A stretch of 63,998 nt of DNA, the filler included, from Malassezia furfur (Eukaryota), in assembly GCA_052055015.1 (NCBI GenBank). It is 3 parts of 3 records of this genome, joined end to end, with 100 filler letters (N's around TTAATTAATTAA, not from the genome) between each part and the next. Parts side by side here need not be neighbours in the genome. Positions count along the whole stretch, not along the records: positions 44,446 to 63,998 come from JBQJIT010000187.1; 2 more parts are not named here. One strand, written 5' to 3'. The position numbers were made by a program, and so were the translations under genes. Every line of letters starts with the position of its first letter. The first letter of the stretch is position 1. Under the pieces are notes generated by a model. That model searched no databases. It had not been told where the DNA came from and saw nothing but the letters and a program-made list of their open reading frames with translations. Shown piece after piece: positions 48,308 through 61,849 of this stretch.

Positions 48308-49356
48308 ATGTCCCTACAGAGCCAGGCTGTACTGCCTCCGCTGCTCATCACGACCAAACAGCTTGCAGGGCTGCTGGGCGCGCAGAAACCGCTGCGCATT
48401 CTCGATGCCACCTGGTTCCTCGGCATGCCGGGCCAGCCGCCCCGCAATGCGCACGCCGAGTTCCTTCGTGGGCCCCGCATCCCCGGCGCCCTGTTTTGGG
48501 ACGTGGACAAGGTCGCGACGGTCGGGCCCGAGGTCCACAACCTGCCGCATATGATGCCGTCGGGCTCCGTGTTTGCTCGCGCCGCGAGCGAGCATGGGAT
48601 AGGTCCTGATACACACGTCGTGGTCTACGTACGTCACCGAACTCACACAGGACACGCATGGGTGCGTCGCTCACCGCCTCACACAGCATTTTCTCTGCGC
48701 CGCGCACGGCCTTCACGTTTGCCGCCTTCGGACACAAGGCCATCTCGGTGCTGGACGGAGGTCTTCCCGCATGGATCGATGCCGGCGAGAAGATCGACAC
48801 CGAGTCGCTCAGCAGCGACCCTGCCGTGAAGCCGGTTGACTACCCTGTGCCGACGCTGCGTGATGGATGGATCCGATCGTTCGACGAGATGCTCGCCAAC
48901 ACCAAGCTGGGCTTCCGAAGGCAGGCGGTGCTGGATGCGCGGCCGAAGGTGCGCTTCGACGGCCATACCGCCGAGGCGCGCCCCGGCCTCGCGTCGGGGC
49001 ACATCCCTGGCTCGCGTTCGCTGCCGTTCATGGACGTGCTCGACCAGCACACGACGTCGGATGCGCGCATGCCGGAGCAGAAGTACACGACGCTCAAGCA
49101 GCAGTCCGACCTCTGGAAGCTCGTCAACGCCGCGGTCGGCGGAGACGATGGGATCGAGAAGCTGCGCCACGACGGGAGCTCGAGTGGGTCGCTGGGCGTG
49201 TCGCTCTCGTGTGGCAGCGGCATGACGGCGAGCATTCTTTGGCTGGCGCTGCAGCAGCTCGGCGTGAACGCGGCGATCTACGATGAGAGCTGGATGGGCT
49301 GGGGCCGCCGCAGTGCAGCCGGCGAGGCGCCCGTCGACGTCACGCCCAAGGAATAG
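48308..49356 (+). CDS. TUM1: 3-mercaptopyruvate/thiosulfate sulfurtransferase (tandem rhodanese), 3 exons
   Basis: LDATW..RIPGA..HMMP..VY|DTHG|IFSAPR..SGHIPGS..SCGSGMTA..YDESW; introns 48629-48650 and 48662-48686. Confidence 0.9.
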
Positions 49357-49383
49357 GTTCGCTCGTCTCTACGGTATCTAGCA

Positions 49384-50082
49384 CTACACAAGGACATCGT
49401 CGTACGTAATGCCCTCTGCCGGTTAGGAGAGTATACGTACTCAAGGAACCCCCCGCAAGCGCGCGCTTGACATGGTTGGCAAATGAGGCGCGGTCGCGGC
49501 GCAGATCCTCGGCGGCCTCTGGGTGTGAGCGCGGCGTACGGAAAGGTACGTACCTTTGTTCAGCGGGTCGTCGGGGTTCGGGTCGAGGAACAGGAACTGC
49601 AGGCCGACGAGCACCGAATTGAGGTTCAGGATCGGATTCCACTCCTCGCGCAGGATATTGAGGCATACGTTGCCCTCCAAGTCGAGGTTCGGGTGGTAGA
49701 GCTGCGTGAGCCGTGCGGCGTACCTTTTGGACGCACCGCACCTTGGGCGGGTCGTGCGGGTAGTTGTTGTTGATGGCGACCGTGAAGCGGAATGCGCCGC
49801 CCTTGTACATGCCTGGATCAGTGTGTGGCGTGCGCACCCTCGTCTGGCGTGATGGTGACCTCGAAGTGCATCAGGTCCGCCGGATCAGGGAACTGCGTCT
49901 TCATCGTGCTGGGCAGCTCCAGTTCCGTGAGGTCTGCGTGAGTGGTGAGAGCATACGCACCCTTTTGCACACGCAGCTGTGCGGGTGAGGTTTTGGGCCG
50001 CTGCTTCTTCGCCTCGTCGGCCTCCTTCTTCTGGCTCCAGAGCTGCGGTCAGTGCGCCGCGGGGGCCGCGTACATTGATCAT
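49384..50082 (-). CDS. UBC12: NEDD8-conjugating enzyme Ubc12, 7 exons
   Basis: [41 protein letters not shown]; introns 50043-50073, 49934-49960, 49813-49837, 49702-49723, 49519-49553 and 49416-49440. Confidence 0.92.
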
Positions 50083-50125
50083 GGTGGACCGCTGACTAAG
50101 CCCGCTCTTGTGCATTTGCGCAACC

Positions 50126-51524
<1,399 letters not shown>

Positions 51525-51545
51525 ACGCCCGTAGACGCTATCGTG

Positions 51546-52463
51546 CTAGGCATGTACCGCACGGCGCACGCCCTGTATCACCGAGCGCGTCGCCCACAGC
51601 ACGGCGAGCAGCGTCAGTGCCAGCACCGCGGGATAGAGCGTCACGTTGCCGACCGGTACGGGCGTGGTCATGGCGGTCGTCGCGCGCGGCAGCATCTTGG
51701 GCATGTACAGCGCCTGGTCATTCGGCGCAAGCGCCGCGCGCAGCTCGGTGCGCAGGTGCGCGTGCGTGCTGGGCAGCACATCGTCGACGTCGACCTCGTG
51801 CCAGACCATCGTGTCCGGCATGGACGCACATGCCGCAAACACGACGGGCCCGCCGTCCGCGATGATCGGCACATGTTCGTAGTGCTGCTCGCCCCAGCGC
51901 CGGATGCGCGGCGCAATGGTCGTCGCCCATGTGTGGTGGATGCGGTGCGCGGCGTGCGCGACGGCGTGCGCGGCGCCGTGTGCGCCATCTGTGTCGTCAT
52001 GCGCGTCCTCGGGGGGCGCGTCCCGGTGCGGCGCGCGCGCAGGGTGGTAGCGCACGTGCAGAGGGATGTGCACCTGCGTGTCGAGCGCGTCCGCAGCGCG
52101 GGGTGCGAGCTCGAGAAGGACGGCGGTGTGCTCGCACGTCGGCCCGTGGCACGATGGCATCACGCGCGCCAGCGCAGTGGTCGGCACGTCCTCAACGGAG
52201 ACTTCGACCTCGCCGACCTCGGCGTCGGAAGCCCAGCCGACGGGCTTCTCGAGCTCGACGTGCCCGAGGAACTGCACGTCGCTCACCGGCTCGGAGCGCT
52301 CCATGCGCGCGGTGTACGGGTCGAAGAACACGTCTGGCGGCAGCGGAGCAGCGATGTACACGGTGCACTGCTCCGCGCGGGCGATCTCGCCCGGCACCGT
52401 GACGACGAGCCGCGGGGCGAAGGAGCGCTGCGCCTCCGCCGCGTACTCCACCGTGGGGTCCAT
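51546..52463 (-). CDS. PIG-X/Pbn1-family GPI mannosyltransferase I subunit
   Basis: LPPDVFFDPY..ELEKP..IPLHVRYH..VPVG followed by a C-terminal TM segment. Confidence 0.7.
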   Translation of the reverse strand: MDPTVEYAAEAQRSFAPRLVVTVPGEIARAEQCTVYIAAPLPPDVFFDPYTARMERSEPVSDVQFLGHVELEKPVGWASDAEVGEVEVSVEDVPTTALARVMPSCHGPTCEHTAVLLELAPRAADALDTQVHIPLHVRYHPARAPHRDAPPEDAHDDTDGAHGAAHAVAHAAHRIHHTWATTIAPRIRRWGEQHYEHVPIIADGGPVVFAACASMPDTMVWHEVDVDDVLPSTHAHLRTELRAALAPNDQALYMPKMLPRATTAMTTPVPVGNVTLYPAVLALTLLAVLWATRSVIQGVRRAVHA

Positions 52464-52484
52464 CGTAGTGCGGGGTGGGGAAGT

Positions 52485-52502
52485 GCACGTGGTACCACGT
52501 GC
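52485..52502. promoter_or_regulatory. 18-bp perfect palindrome GCACGTGGTACCACGTGC (double E-box) in a divergent promoter
   Basis: Read directly between the PIG-X and 6PF2K start codons. Confidence 0.6.
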
Positions 52503-52556
52503 TGGCGCGCTCAGGGCACGGCGGCGGCGGCGGCTGCCCCGCAAGCGCTCCACACC

Positions 52557-54629
52557 ATGGCGCAGGAGCAAGAAACGCCCTCGACGCCGCTGTCGCCGGA
52601 CCCTGCGGAGCCCGTGCCCGTGTCAAAGTTCACATCGGTGCACGGCGATGCGCTTGCGCATCCCTCGGGTAGCGTCACGCCGACACCGATCCCCAGCGCA
52701 GACACCGATACGGGCGACGGCGCGGCGGTGACGCCGCCGGCGACCGCGCGGCCGCGCGCGCCGTCGGTCGCGCCCGAGCTGCTATCACGCCCTGCATTCG
52801 CGCCCGATGCAACGATGCGGCGCAAGTTCGAGGAGAAGGTGGCCACGACGCCGCTTGGATCGACGTCCGATGGCCTGCTGGCGCTGCTGCGCGACCACCC
52901 TGAGCTGGTGTCGGACGAGCTCGCGAAGGAGGCGGAGAAGATCCTGCCGAGCGAGGTGACGCTGCCACTGTCGCATGGGTCGAGCAGCTACATAAGCACG
53001 CCGAACGAAGCACAGAACGTGGCGAGCACGCTGTTCCCCGGCGACCCTGCGCACGAGACGCAGGCCGAGGTGCTGAACCCCGTGGGCCCGACCTTCCCGC
53101 TGCCCGATGTCGCGCGCCCCGTGCTGCAGTCGGTGGACAGCTCGAGCCGCTTCCACAAGATCCGCAAGGCGAGCATCTCGAGCGCGCAGCCGAGCACGCC
53201 GAACCTTGGGCAGACGGTGGCGGCGCCCGACCACCGAGAGGAGAAGATTGTCGTGGCGATGGTCGGTCTGCCCGCGCGCGGCAAGAGCTACCTGAGCAAC
53301 AAGCTGATGCGCTACCTGCGCTGGCGCGAATACAACGTCAAGGTGTTCAACGTCGGCCAGCTGCGCCGCGCCACGGCGCGGCTCCGGCAGGAGAAGACGG
53401 GCGTGCGCGAGGAGCAGACCGCCGCGTTCTTCGACTCGCACAACGCCGTGGGCCAAAAGATGCGCGACGAGCTCGCGCGCGAGTGCCTCGAGCAGCTGAT
53501 TGGCTGGCTGCGCGACGGCCCCGGCAACGTCGGCATCCACGACGCGACCAACACCACCAAGCAGCGGCGCCGCGAGATTGCCGAGCGCGTCGCACGCGAG
53601 CCAGGCATGCGCCTCGTGTTCCTCGAGTCGATCTGCACGGACCCCGCGGTGATCGAGGAGAACATCGAGGTGAAGGTGTCGAGTGCGGACCCCGACTACT
53701 TCCACCTCGACCGCGCACAGGCCAAGGAGGACTTTCTGCGGCGCATCAAGCACTACGAGGATGTGTACCAGCCGCTGGATGCGGACGGCGACGAGAGCAT
53801 GTACAGCTACTGCAAGATTGTCGACGTCGGCCACAGCGCGACGATGAACCTGATCAGCGGCTACCTCGAGTCGCAGATCGCCTTCTACCTGATGAACCTG
53901 CACGTCACGCCGCGGAACATCTTTTTCTCGCGCCACGGCGAGTCGCAGTTCAACGTCGAGGGCAAGATCGGCGGCGACTCGGACCTGTCTGAGCGCGGCT
54001 GGGCCTATGCGCGTGCACTGCCCAAGCTCATCCGCGAGCACGTTGGCGATGCGCCGCTCACCGTGTGGCACAGCTCGCTGCGCCGCACAGGGCAGACGGC
54101 GAGCATGCTCGACTACCCCAAACTCGTCTGGAACTCGCTCGACGAGCTCGACGCGGGTGTGTGTGACAGCATGACCTACGAAGAGATCGCCAAGTACTAC
54201 CCGGAGGACTATGCGAGCCGCGACGAGGACAAGTTCAACTACCGGTACCGTGGCGGTGAGAGCTACCGCGACGTGCTCGTGCGCCTCGAGCCCGTGATCA
54301 TGGAGCTCGAGCGCCAGGACAACATCCTGATCATTGGGCACCAGGCGATCATCCGCGCGCTCTATGCCTACTTCCACGGGTACGACCAGAACGAGCTGCC
54401 CTACATCAAAGTGCCGCTGCACACCGTCATCCAGCTCACGCCCAAGGCGTACGGTTGCGACGAAGTGCGGTACCAGCTGCCGATCGAGGCCGTGGATACA
54501 CACCGCGCGCGGCCGCAGCGCTCGCTCGCATCGAGCGTCTCGTCGCTCAATCTCGAGGGCGAGGAAGACGAGCGGATGCGCGCGTCTACCAGCCAGCCCC
54601 CCAGCCAGCGCCAGGCAGCGCGCAGCTAG
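52557..54629 (+). CDS. 6-phosphofructo-2-kinase/fructose-2,6-bisphosphatase
   Basis: VGLPARGKS P-loop, DATN and RHGES phosphatase His motif. Confidence 0.93.
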   Translation: MAQEQETPSTPLSPDPAEPVPVSKFTSVHGDALAHPSGSVTPTPIPSADTDTGDGAAVTPPATARPRAPSVAPELLSRPAFAPDATMRRKFEEKVATTPLGSTSDGLLALLRDHPELVSDELAKEAEKILPSEVTLPLSHGSSSYISTPNEAQNVASTLFPGDPAHETQAEVLNPVGPTFPLPDVARPVLQSVDSSSRFHKIRKASISSAQPSTPNLGQTVAAPDHREEKIVVAMVGLPARGKSYLSNKLMRYLRWREYNVKVFNVGQLRRATARLRQEKTGVREEQTAAFFDSHNAVGQKMRDELARECLEQLIGWLRDGPGNVGIHDATNTTKQRRREIAERVAREPGMRLVFLESICTDPAVIEENIEVKVSSADPDYFHLDRAQAKEDFLRRIKHYEDVYQPLDADGDESMYSYCKIVDVGHSATMNLISGYLESQIAFYLMNLHVTPRNIFFSRHGESQFNVEGKIGGDSDLSERGWAYARALPKLIREHVGDAPLTVWHSSLRRTGQTASMLDYPKLVWNSLDELDAGVCDSMTYEEIAKYYPEDYASRDEDKFNYRYRGGESYRDVLVRLEPVIMELERQDNILIIGHQAIIRALYAYFHGYDQNELPYIKVPLHTVIQLTPKAYGCDEVRYQLPIEAVDTHRARPQRSLASSVSSLNLEGEEDERMRASTSQPPSQRQAARS

Positions 54630-54770
54630 TCACCGGACACCGCGCACGGCCAGCTTTGCACCAAGCCTCGCCCGTTCGGAGCCTATGTGGAGAGGTTTGG
54701 CCTCGGCCCAAAAATGCGGCTATTTTTCCCTTAGCTCCACAGCGCACATCACTTCGGCTTCATACTACGT

Positions 54771-56522
54771 CTAGCGCCAGTGCGACATGCGCTTCTCTTC
54801 TGCGTGACGGCGCTTGACCATGGCGGCCACCTTCGGACCCCAGAATTCCTCCGGGTCGCTCTGCTCCTTAAGCACCTGCTCGTGTTCCCGCGCCTGCTTG
54901 CGGGAAAAGAGCACGACGTTGTTGTAGTCCAACGGCTTCTTCGGGTCCCAGCGCATGAGCTGGCCGGTGGCGAGCGACTCGTACGGCGGGACGACGGTGC
55001 GCCCACGGAACATCTCCTCAAAGATGTATGCACAGTCATTTACACTGAACGGAATGCGCACCACCGGCGGCGGGCCCTTGGCTGACTGCGCGGTCGAGCG
55101 GTACGTCGGCGGGACGTCATCGTCGGTGAGCGCGCGGCGGTTGGCGGGCGCAGGGTACGACTCGTCGCGCGGCGGCGAGGGGTAGCGCGACTCGGTCACG
55201 TTCAGGTCCGCAAACAGCTTCTCGTACAGCTTGCGGCGGCCCTTGACAGCTAGCGGCTCCATGCGATGCCGCGCGAGGTCGCACAAGATGTACGTCGCCG
55301 CTGCCAGCCCGAACATCGCCGGGAGGGGGCCGAGCACGGGCAGAATACGGACCCGGAAGTCGTCAAACGCCGCAAGCTCGCCGACGTCGCCCTTTTCCAT
55401 CTCCTCCTCTGACAGTGGCAGGAGTCGTACGTCCGACTTCTCTGTAGAGTATACACAGGGCACCTTCCACTCCTGGTAAAAGTCGTCCTCGGTGTACTTG
55501 GGCGCCTCAGCGACCTTGGGCGTCGACGGCTGCGCCGGCGACCCGGCGGGGGTCGAGTAAGAGTCGGAGCCCGTCTCGGATGCAGCCGAGGCGCGGCGTG
55601 TAGCGGATGGGCGCGCCTTGTCGGCGTCAGACGCGCGGTTCTTGTTCTTCTTGGCGCCTGGGTCTTTGGCGGGCTCCGAAATCACGCCGGGGATCGGCGG
55701 GACGCCAGCGGCACGCAGTTCGCGGCGGACGACGCGCGCAAGCGGGTCCTCGACGGTGGTCGAAATGTCGCTGATCTGGATCCGGCTCGGGTCCGCCTTG
55801 GCACCGGCGCCCATCGAGGCAAAGACGCGCAGGTTGTGCTGGTAGCAGTATTTGAGCAGCTCGACCTTGGTCTCGAGGTTATCGATGGCGTCGACGACGT
55901 ACGTCGGCTCGCCCTCCAGCAGCCTGTCGGCCTCGTCAGCGCGGAAAAGATCGACGCACGCCTCGACGTTCGCCCACGGTGCGATCTTGTGGAAGTATTG
56001 CTTGCAACACACCACTTTGGGGCGGCCGACGTCGGCGAGCGTCGCGCACGCGTGCCGGTTGAGTGACGAGAGCGACACTTGGTCAAAATCGATGAGGCGG
56101 ATGTGGCTGACGCCCGAGCGGAGCAGCATGAGCGCGGCCCAGCTGCCGACGCCGCCGGCGCCGACGACGATCACAAAGCTCTTGCGGATAGCATCCATAC
56201 CCTCTTCGCCAAAGAAGCTGTAGTTGCGGCTCAGCTGCTCGCGGATGAGTGCGTCGTCGTAGTTAGCATCGGGGGTGATGCCCTGCGCCTCGTGCATGCT
56301 CGCCGCGAGGCTCGCGGGCGGCACGTCGTGGGCTTCCGGGAGCTGCGTCGCTTCGCGCCGGGCCTCCTTGCGGACTTGGTCGGCGAGTTTACGCCTGCGA
56401 GCGCGGCGCACGACATGCTGGTACGTAAGCACGCTTGCGAGCGTCGCGACGGACGATACGGCCGCCGCGATACCCACAAGCAGCGCGCGCGACGGCGCGG
56501 CCGGCTCTCGGCGGACGCTCAT
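54771..56522 (-). CDS. tRNA threonylcarbamoyladenosine dehydratase (Tcd1/Tcd2, ThiF family)
   Basis: N-terminal TM, GAGGVGS, DFDQVSLSSLNRH, DAIDN and FRVRILPVLGPLP. Confidence 0.9.
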   Translation of the reverse strand: MSVRREPAAPSRALLVGIAAAVSSVATLASVLTYQHVVRRARRRKLADQVRKEARREATQLPEAHDVPPASLAASMHEAQGITPDANYDDALIREQLSRNYSFFGEEGMDAIRKSFVIVVGAGGVGSWAALMLLRSGVSHIRLIDFDQVSLSSLNRHACATLADVGRPKVVCCKQYFHKIAPWANVEACVDLFRADEADRLLEGEPTYVVDAIDNLETKVELLKYCYQHNLRVFASMGAGAKADPSRIQISDISTTVEDPLARVVRRELRAAGVPPIPGVISEPAKDPGAKKNKNRASDADKARPSATRRASAASETGSDSYSTPAGSPAQPSTPKVAEAPKYTEDDFYQEWKVPCVYSTEKSDVRLLPLSEEEMEKGDVGELAAFDDFRVRILPVLGPLPAMFGLAAATYILCDLARHRMEPLAVKGRRKLYEKLFADLNVTESRYPSPPRDESYPAPANRRALTDDDVPPTYRSTAQSAKGPPPVVRIPFSVNDCAYIFEEMFRGRTVVPPYESLATGQLMRWDPKKPLDYNNVVLFSRKQAREHEQVLKEQSDPEEFWGPKVAAMVKRRHAEEKRMSHWR

Positions 56523-56543
56523 GGCACGGACGAGGCCACGTTC

Positions 56544-56555
56544 CGTCACGTGACG
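56544..56555. promoter_or_regulatory. Palindrome CGTCACGTGACG (Cbf1/USF-type E-box) in the TCD/RPA190 divergent promoter
   Basis: Read directly in a 95-bp intergenic gap. Confidence 0.6.
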
Positions 56556-56617
56556 ACCAAACTTTTTTCGAGGGCGCACGGCGCTGCTTCCTTGCGAGTG
56601 CGCGCGACGTGGCGGCG

Positions 56618-59600
56618 ATGGACATTACGCGTGCGATCACGTCGTATGTCAAGTCGGCCTCGTTCTCGTTTCTGACGGCCGATGAGGTGCGCAGCATCTC
56701 GGTCAAGCAGATCGTGAACCCGGTGCTGCTCGACAATGCCAACGCGCCGACCGAAGGCGGTCTGTATGACCCGGCGCTCGGTCCCATGCGGCCGGACGAT
56801 ATCTGCCGGACGTGCCACCAGAACCACTTTGACTGCCCGGGGCACTTTGGGCACATGGAGCTGCCCTCCCCGGTGTTCCACCCACTGTTCATGAACCACG
56901 CCTATTCGCTGCTCCGCGGGACGTGCGTCTTCTGCCACCACTTCAAGATCTCGCGCGTGGCGATGGCCAAATACACGGCGCAGTTCCAGCTGCTGGACTA
57001 TGGCCTGGTGGATGAGGCGCAGGCGATTGCCAAGGAGCAGCTCAAGCGTCCGCTCGGCGCTGCCTCCGCCGCCGACGACGCCGCCGAGAGCGACGACGAG
57101 GGCGACGAAGACGCCGACGCCGACGACGCCGACGACAAGACGGAGCGCGCGGCGGTGCGTGCTGACAACGTCCCGATTGAGACCGTGGACGAGTTTGTGA
57201 AGCGCATTGCCGCCACTACGCGCGACCATATCCGCGGTGCGATCCGCCGCGGCGCGAAAAAGGGCGCCGACCATGGCTCGGCAGAGTATGCGGCGCGGCG
57301 CGACCTGCGCAACGTGTTCCTCAAGGATATCCTGCGCCGCCGCTGCGAGCGGTGCCAAGCGTACGTTGCCCCCCACTGACCCAGGATGAACCCTACGCTG
57401 CGCAAGGACGGCTTTGTGAAGATCACCGAGCGGGTGTTGTCCGCGCGCGACGCGGCCATCCATGAGGCGCGCGGCATCAAGCGCGACAATGTGCTGCTGG
57501 ACCGCGGCGCGCCTGCGGCGGCTCGTGCGGCGCCGGATGCGGAGCCGATGGTCGTTGACAGTGCGGACGCCGAGGCGCCGACGCCGGCGCTCTCGCTCAA
57601 GGATGCGCGCAAGCTGAGCAAGGATGCCGGCGACTCGACGCGCGTCGTGCCTGCGAGCGAGTGTCGTGCGAACTTGCGCCGCCTCTTTGCGAACGAGGCC
57701 GAGATCTGTGCGCTGATCTTTGGCAAGCACCCCGTGTTTGCCTCGGGGGCCGCGGCGCCGAACGCCGACGTCTTTTTCCTCGAGACGATCTGTGTGACGC
57801 CGACGCGCTTCCGCCCCGCGAGTGTGATGGGTGACCAGACGTTTGAGAACGCGCAGAACGAGCTGCTGACCAAGATTCTGCAGACGTCGTTCCTGGTGCG
57901 CGACCGCAATGTGCAGGCGCAGGCGTTCCAGAAGAAGAGCAACTACCCCCTGCTGGACGGCGTCGAGGAGGCGCAGGCCCTTGTGCTGCAAAAGCGCTGG
58001 GAGGCCGACCGGCGTATGGCGATGGACCTGCTGCTGAGCGCGATGATGGAGCTGCAGGTCGCGGTGAACTGCTACATCGACTCGTCTAAGAACCCGGCGC
58101 CGATGCGGCAAGGACAAGCGCCGCCGCCGGGTGTGAAGCAGGGCCTCGAGAAGAAAGAGGGTCTCTTCCGCAAGCACATGATGGGCAAGCGCGTCAACTT
58201 TGCGGCGCGCTCGGTGATTTCGCCCGACGTCAACATCGAGACGAACGAGATTGGTGTGCCGCCCGTGTTTGCCAAGCGGCTGACCTACCCGGAGCCGGTG
58301 ACCGTGCACAACTACGAGTTGATGCACCAGCTGGTGATCAACGGCCCCGACACCTACCCCGGTGCGCTGGCGGTGCGTGCCGAGGACGGCAGCGAGACGC
58401 TGCTCAAGCACCTCTCGGTTGAGGAGCGCACGGCGCTCGCCAACCAGCTGCTGACGCCGCAGGGCCAGACGTCCAAGCAGGCGCTCGGCACGTTTGGTGG
58501 CGTGGGCGGCACGCTGCGGACGCCTGTGGCGAACAAGCAGGTGCTGCGCCACCTGCGCACGGGCGACATCCTCGTGATGAACCGGCAGCCGACGCTGCAC
58601 AAGCCGTCGATGATGGCGCACAAGGCGCGTGTGCTGCAGGGTGAGCGGACGATCCGCATGCACTACGCCAACTGCAACTCGTACAATGCCGACTTTGACG
58701 GCGACGAGATGAACATGCACTTCCCGCAGAGCCAGATGGCGCGCGCCGAGTGCTACAACATCGCCAACACAGACAACCAGTACCTTGTGCCGACGAGCGG
58801 CAACCCCCTGCGTGGCCTGATCCAGGACCACGTCGTGGCGGGCGTGTGGATGACGTGCAAGAACACGCTGTACACGCGCGAGGAGTACAACCAGCTGCTC
58901 TACGGCGCGCTCCGCCCCGAGAACTACGGCGCCACCGGCCGCATCCTGACGGTGCCGCCCGCGGTGCAGAAGCCGGTGGCGCGGTGGACGGGCAAGCAGG
59001 TGATCACCACGATCCTGCTGAACCTCAAGCCGGCGCACGCCGTGGGCCTCTACCTGCGCTCCAAGGCCAAGGTCGCGGGCCGCTTCTGGGGCGCGGAGCA
59101 CAAGGAGGAGGAGACGGTGGTGATCGACGACGGCGAAATGCTCACGGGCGTGCTGGACAAGTCGCAGATCGGCGCGTCGGCCTACGGCCTGGTGCACGCC
59201 GTGTACGAGATCTACGGCGCAGAGTCCGCTGGGCGCCTGCTGAGCATTCTGTCGCGCCTGTTTACCATGTGGCTGCAGGCGAATGCGTTCTCGTGCCGCA
59301 TGGACGACCTGCTGCTCAGCCAGCAGGGCGACGCGGAGCGCCAGGCGCTGCTTGCTGAGGGCGCGACGATCGGCCTCGACGCGGCGATGCGCAACGTCGG
59401 CCTCGAGGGGCAGAGCGCCGCGGATCCGGACACGAACTACAACCTGCGCCGGCGTCTCGAGGAGGTGCTGCGTGACGACACGAAGCTTGCGTCGCTCGAT
59501 GCGGACGAGATGTCGGCGTCGAACAAGCTGACCTCGGCGGTGATCAACGCGTGCATCCCGTCGGGCCTGCTCCGCCGCTTCCCGGAGAACAACATGCAGA

Positions 59601-61843
59601 TGATGACCGTGTCGGGTGCCAAGGGCAGTGCGGTGAACGTCTCGTCGATCTCGTGCCTGCTCGGTCCGCAGGCGCTCGAGGGCCGCCGCGTGCCGGTGAT
59701 GGTGAGCGGCAAGACGCTTCCCTCGTTCCGCCCCTTTGACACGGCGGCGCGCGCGGGCGGCTTTGTGGCGAACCGCTTTTTGACGGGCATTGCGCCGCAG
59801 GAGTACTACTTCCACTGCATGGCCGGCCGCGAGGGGCTGATCGACACGGCGGTCAAGACGTCGCGCTCGGGCTACCTGCAGCGCTGCCTGATCAAGCATC
59901 TCGAGGGCGTCTCGGTGCAGGCGGACCAGACGGTGCGCAACAGCGACGGGTTTGTGCTGCAGTTCCACTACGGCGAAGATGCGCTCGATGTGACCAAGAG
60001 CAAGTACCTCGACCGCTTCGACTTCACCGCGCAAAACTTTGAGAGCTACCGCCGGCGGTACAACCCTGCGCAGCTCGAGGAGTCCGTCGAGGTCGAGGAG
60101 GCGCCCGAGTACATGAAAAAGGCGCTCAAGAAGCCGCACAAATACCCGCCGGTGCTCAGTGTGTACCCTCCCGCGCGCCACTTTGGCTCGATGTCGGAGA
60201 CGTTTGCGCGCAAGGTCGAGGAGTACGTCGCGTCCAATCCGAGCAACCTGCTCGCGCCGAAGAAGAAGAAGGGCGCCGCCGAGCCCGGGCTGGCCACGGC
60301 GCGCCCCAAGCTCGGCGTCGAGCCGTTCCGGGCGATGACCAAGGTGCTCTACCACCGCGGCCTCGTCGAGCCCGGCGAGAATGTCGGGCTGCTGGCCGCG
60401 CAGGGTATCGGCGAGCCGTCGACGCAGATGACGCTCAACACCTTCCACTTTGCCGGCCACGGCGCGGCGAACGTTACGCTCGGCATTCCGCGTCTGCGTG
60501 AGATTGTGATGACGGCGTCGAAGGACATCAAGACGCCCATCATGCGCCTGCCCGTGTGCGAGGGCATCACCGACGCGCAGATGCGCACCTTCTGCAAGGA
60601 CGGCAGCCGCCTTGTGCTGAGCCAGATTGTCGAGGAGGCGACCGTCACTGAGCGCGTGCTGCCCAAGACGCCGGCGAATGGGTACCAGCGGCAAAAGATG
60701 TACACGGTGCACCTTGCGCTGTACCCCGCCGACGAGGTGCGCGAGGAGTACAACACCTCCACCGAGCACGTCCTGGCGGGCCTCGAGGCGACCTTTGTGC
60801 CGCTCGTCGAGCGCGAGATCCTGCGCGAGCTCAAGCGCCTGCGCCGGGACCACGTGCGCCAGACGCAGTCGATCGGGCAGGGCGAGACGTTTGCGTCTGC
60901 GGCGCGCGACGAGGAGGACGCCGAGGCGCCCGCGCAGCGCACGGCGGACGACGACGAGGACGACGAGGAGAGCGGCAACGTGTCGGACACGGGCGACGAC
61001 GACGCGGACGCTGCCAAGCGTCGCGCGAACGCCAGCAGCCAGGTCTCGTACGACGACGGCGCCGAGCGCGACGACGACGACGCGGAAGTGAATGCCGCGT
61101 TCCAGGACGAGCGGCTCGTCGACGACGAGGCCGCCGAGGAGGGCGCCGAGCCGATCGAGACGCGCATCTCGGACCTCGACGAGCGGCTTACGAGCGAAAG
61201 CAAGTTTGTCACCGGCTTCCGCTTCGACACGCAGCACGGCGCGTGGGCCGAGTTCGATCTGCAGATGGACAATGTCACGGAGAAGATGCTGCTCATCAAC
61301 GTGATCGAGCGCGTGTGCCGCGCGAGCGTCGTGCACGAGATCCCGCGCATCGCGCGCATCATGATCCCGCCGCCGACGCCGGGCGACAAGAGCGTCGCAC
61401 TCACCGCCGAGGGCATCAACCTCCCGGGCATGTGGGAGTTTGGCTTTGGCGTCGTCGACATGAACCGCATCTACTCGAACGACATCGGCGCGCTGCTGTA
61501 CGCCTACGGTGTCGAGGCCGCACGTGCGGCGATCGTCAGCGAGCTCAAGGGCATCTTCGACACCTACGGTATCGGGGTCTCGATGCGCCACCTCTACCTC
61601 ATCGCCGACTACCAGACGGCGTTTGGCGACTTTAGGCCGTTCAGCCGCGGTGGGTTGGCCGACTCGCCCTCGCCGCTGCTCAAGGCCAGCTTCGAAATGA
61701 CCATGGCGTTCCTGAGCGGCGCATCGCTGTTCCAGGAGTCGGACGACTTCACCTCGCCCTCGGCCAACATCGTCGTGGGCCGGCCGGTGCCGACGGGCAC
61801 GGGCGCTACCACGATCCACATGCCGCTTGCGGCGAGTGCATAG
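56618..61843 (+). CDS. RPA190: RNA polymerase I largest subunit, 2 exons
   Basis: GLYDPALGP, CPGHFGH, KKEGLFRKHMMGKRVN, catalytic NADFDGD and TLNTFHFAG; intron 57361-57384. Confidence 0.97.
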
Positions 61844-61849
61844 CGTACA

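Noticed and set aside
51543..52556. N-terminal 338 codons of the 1028-aa ORF as part of 6PF2K
   Set aside because: Antisense to the PIG-X gene and begins at GTG; the plausible start is ATG 52557.
56546..61819. 1757-aa antisense ORF over RPA190
   Set aside because: Same GC3 codon-bias artefact on the strand opposite a conserved gene.
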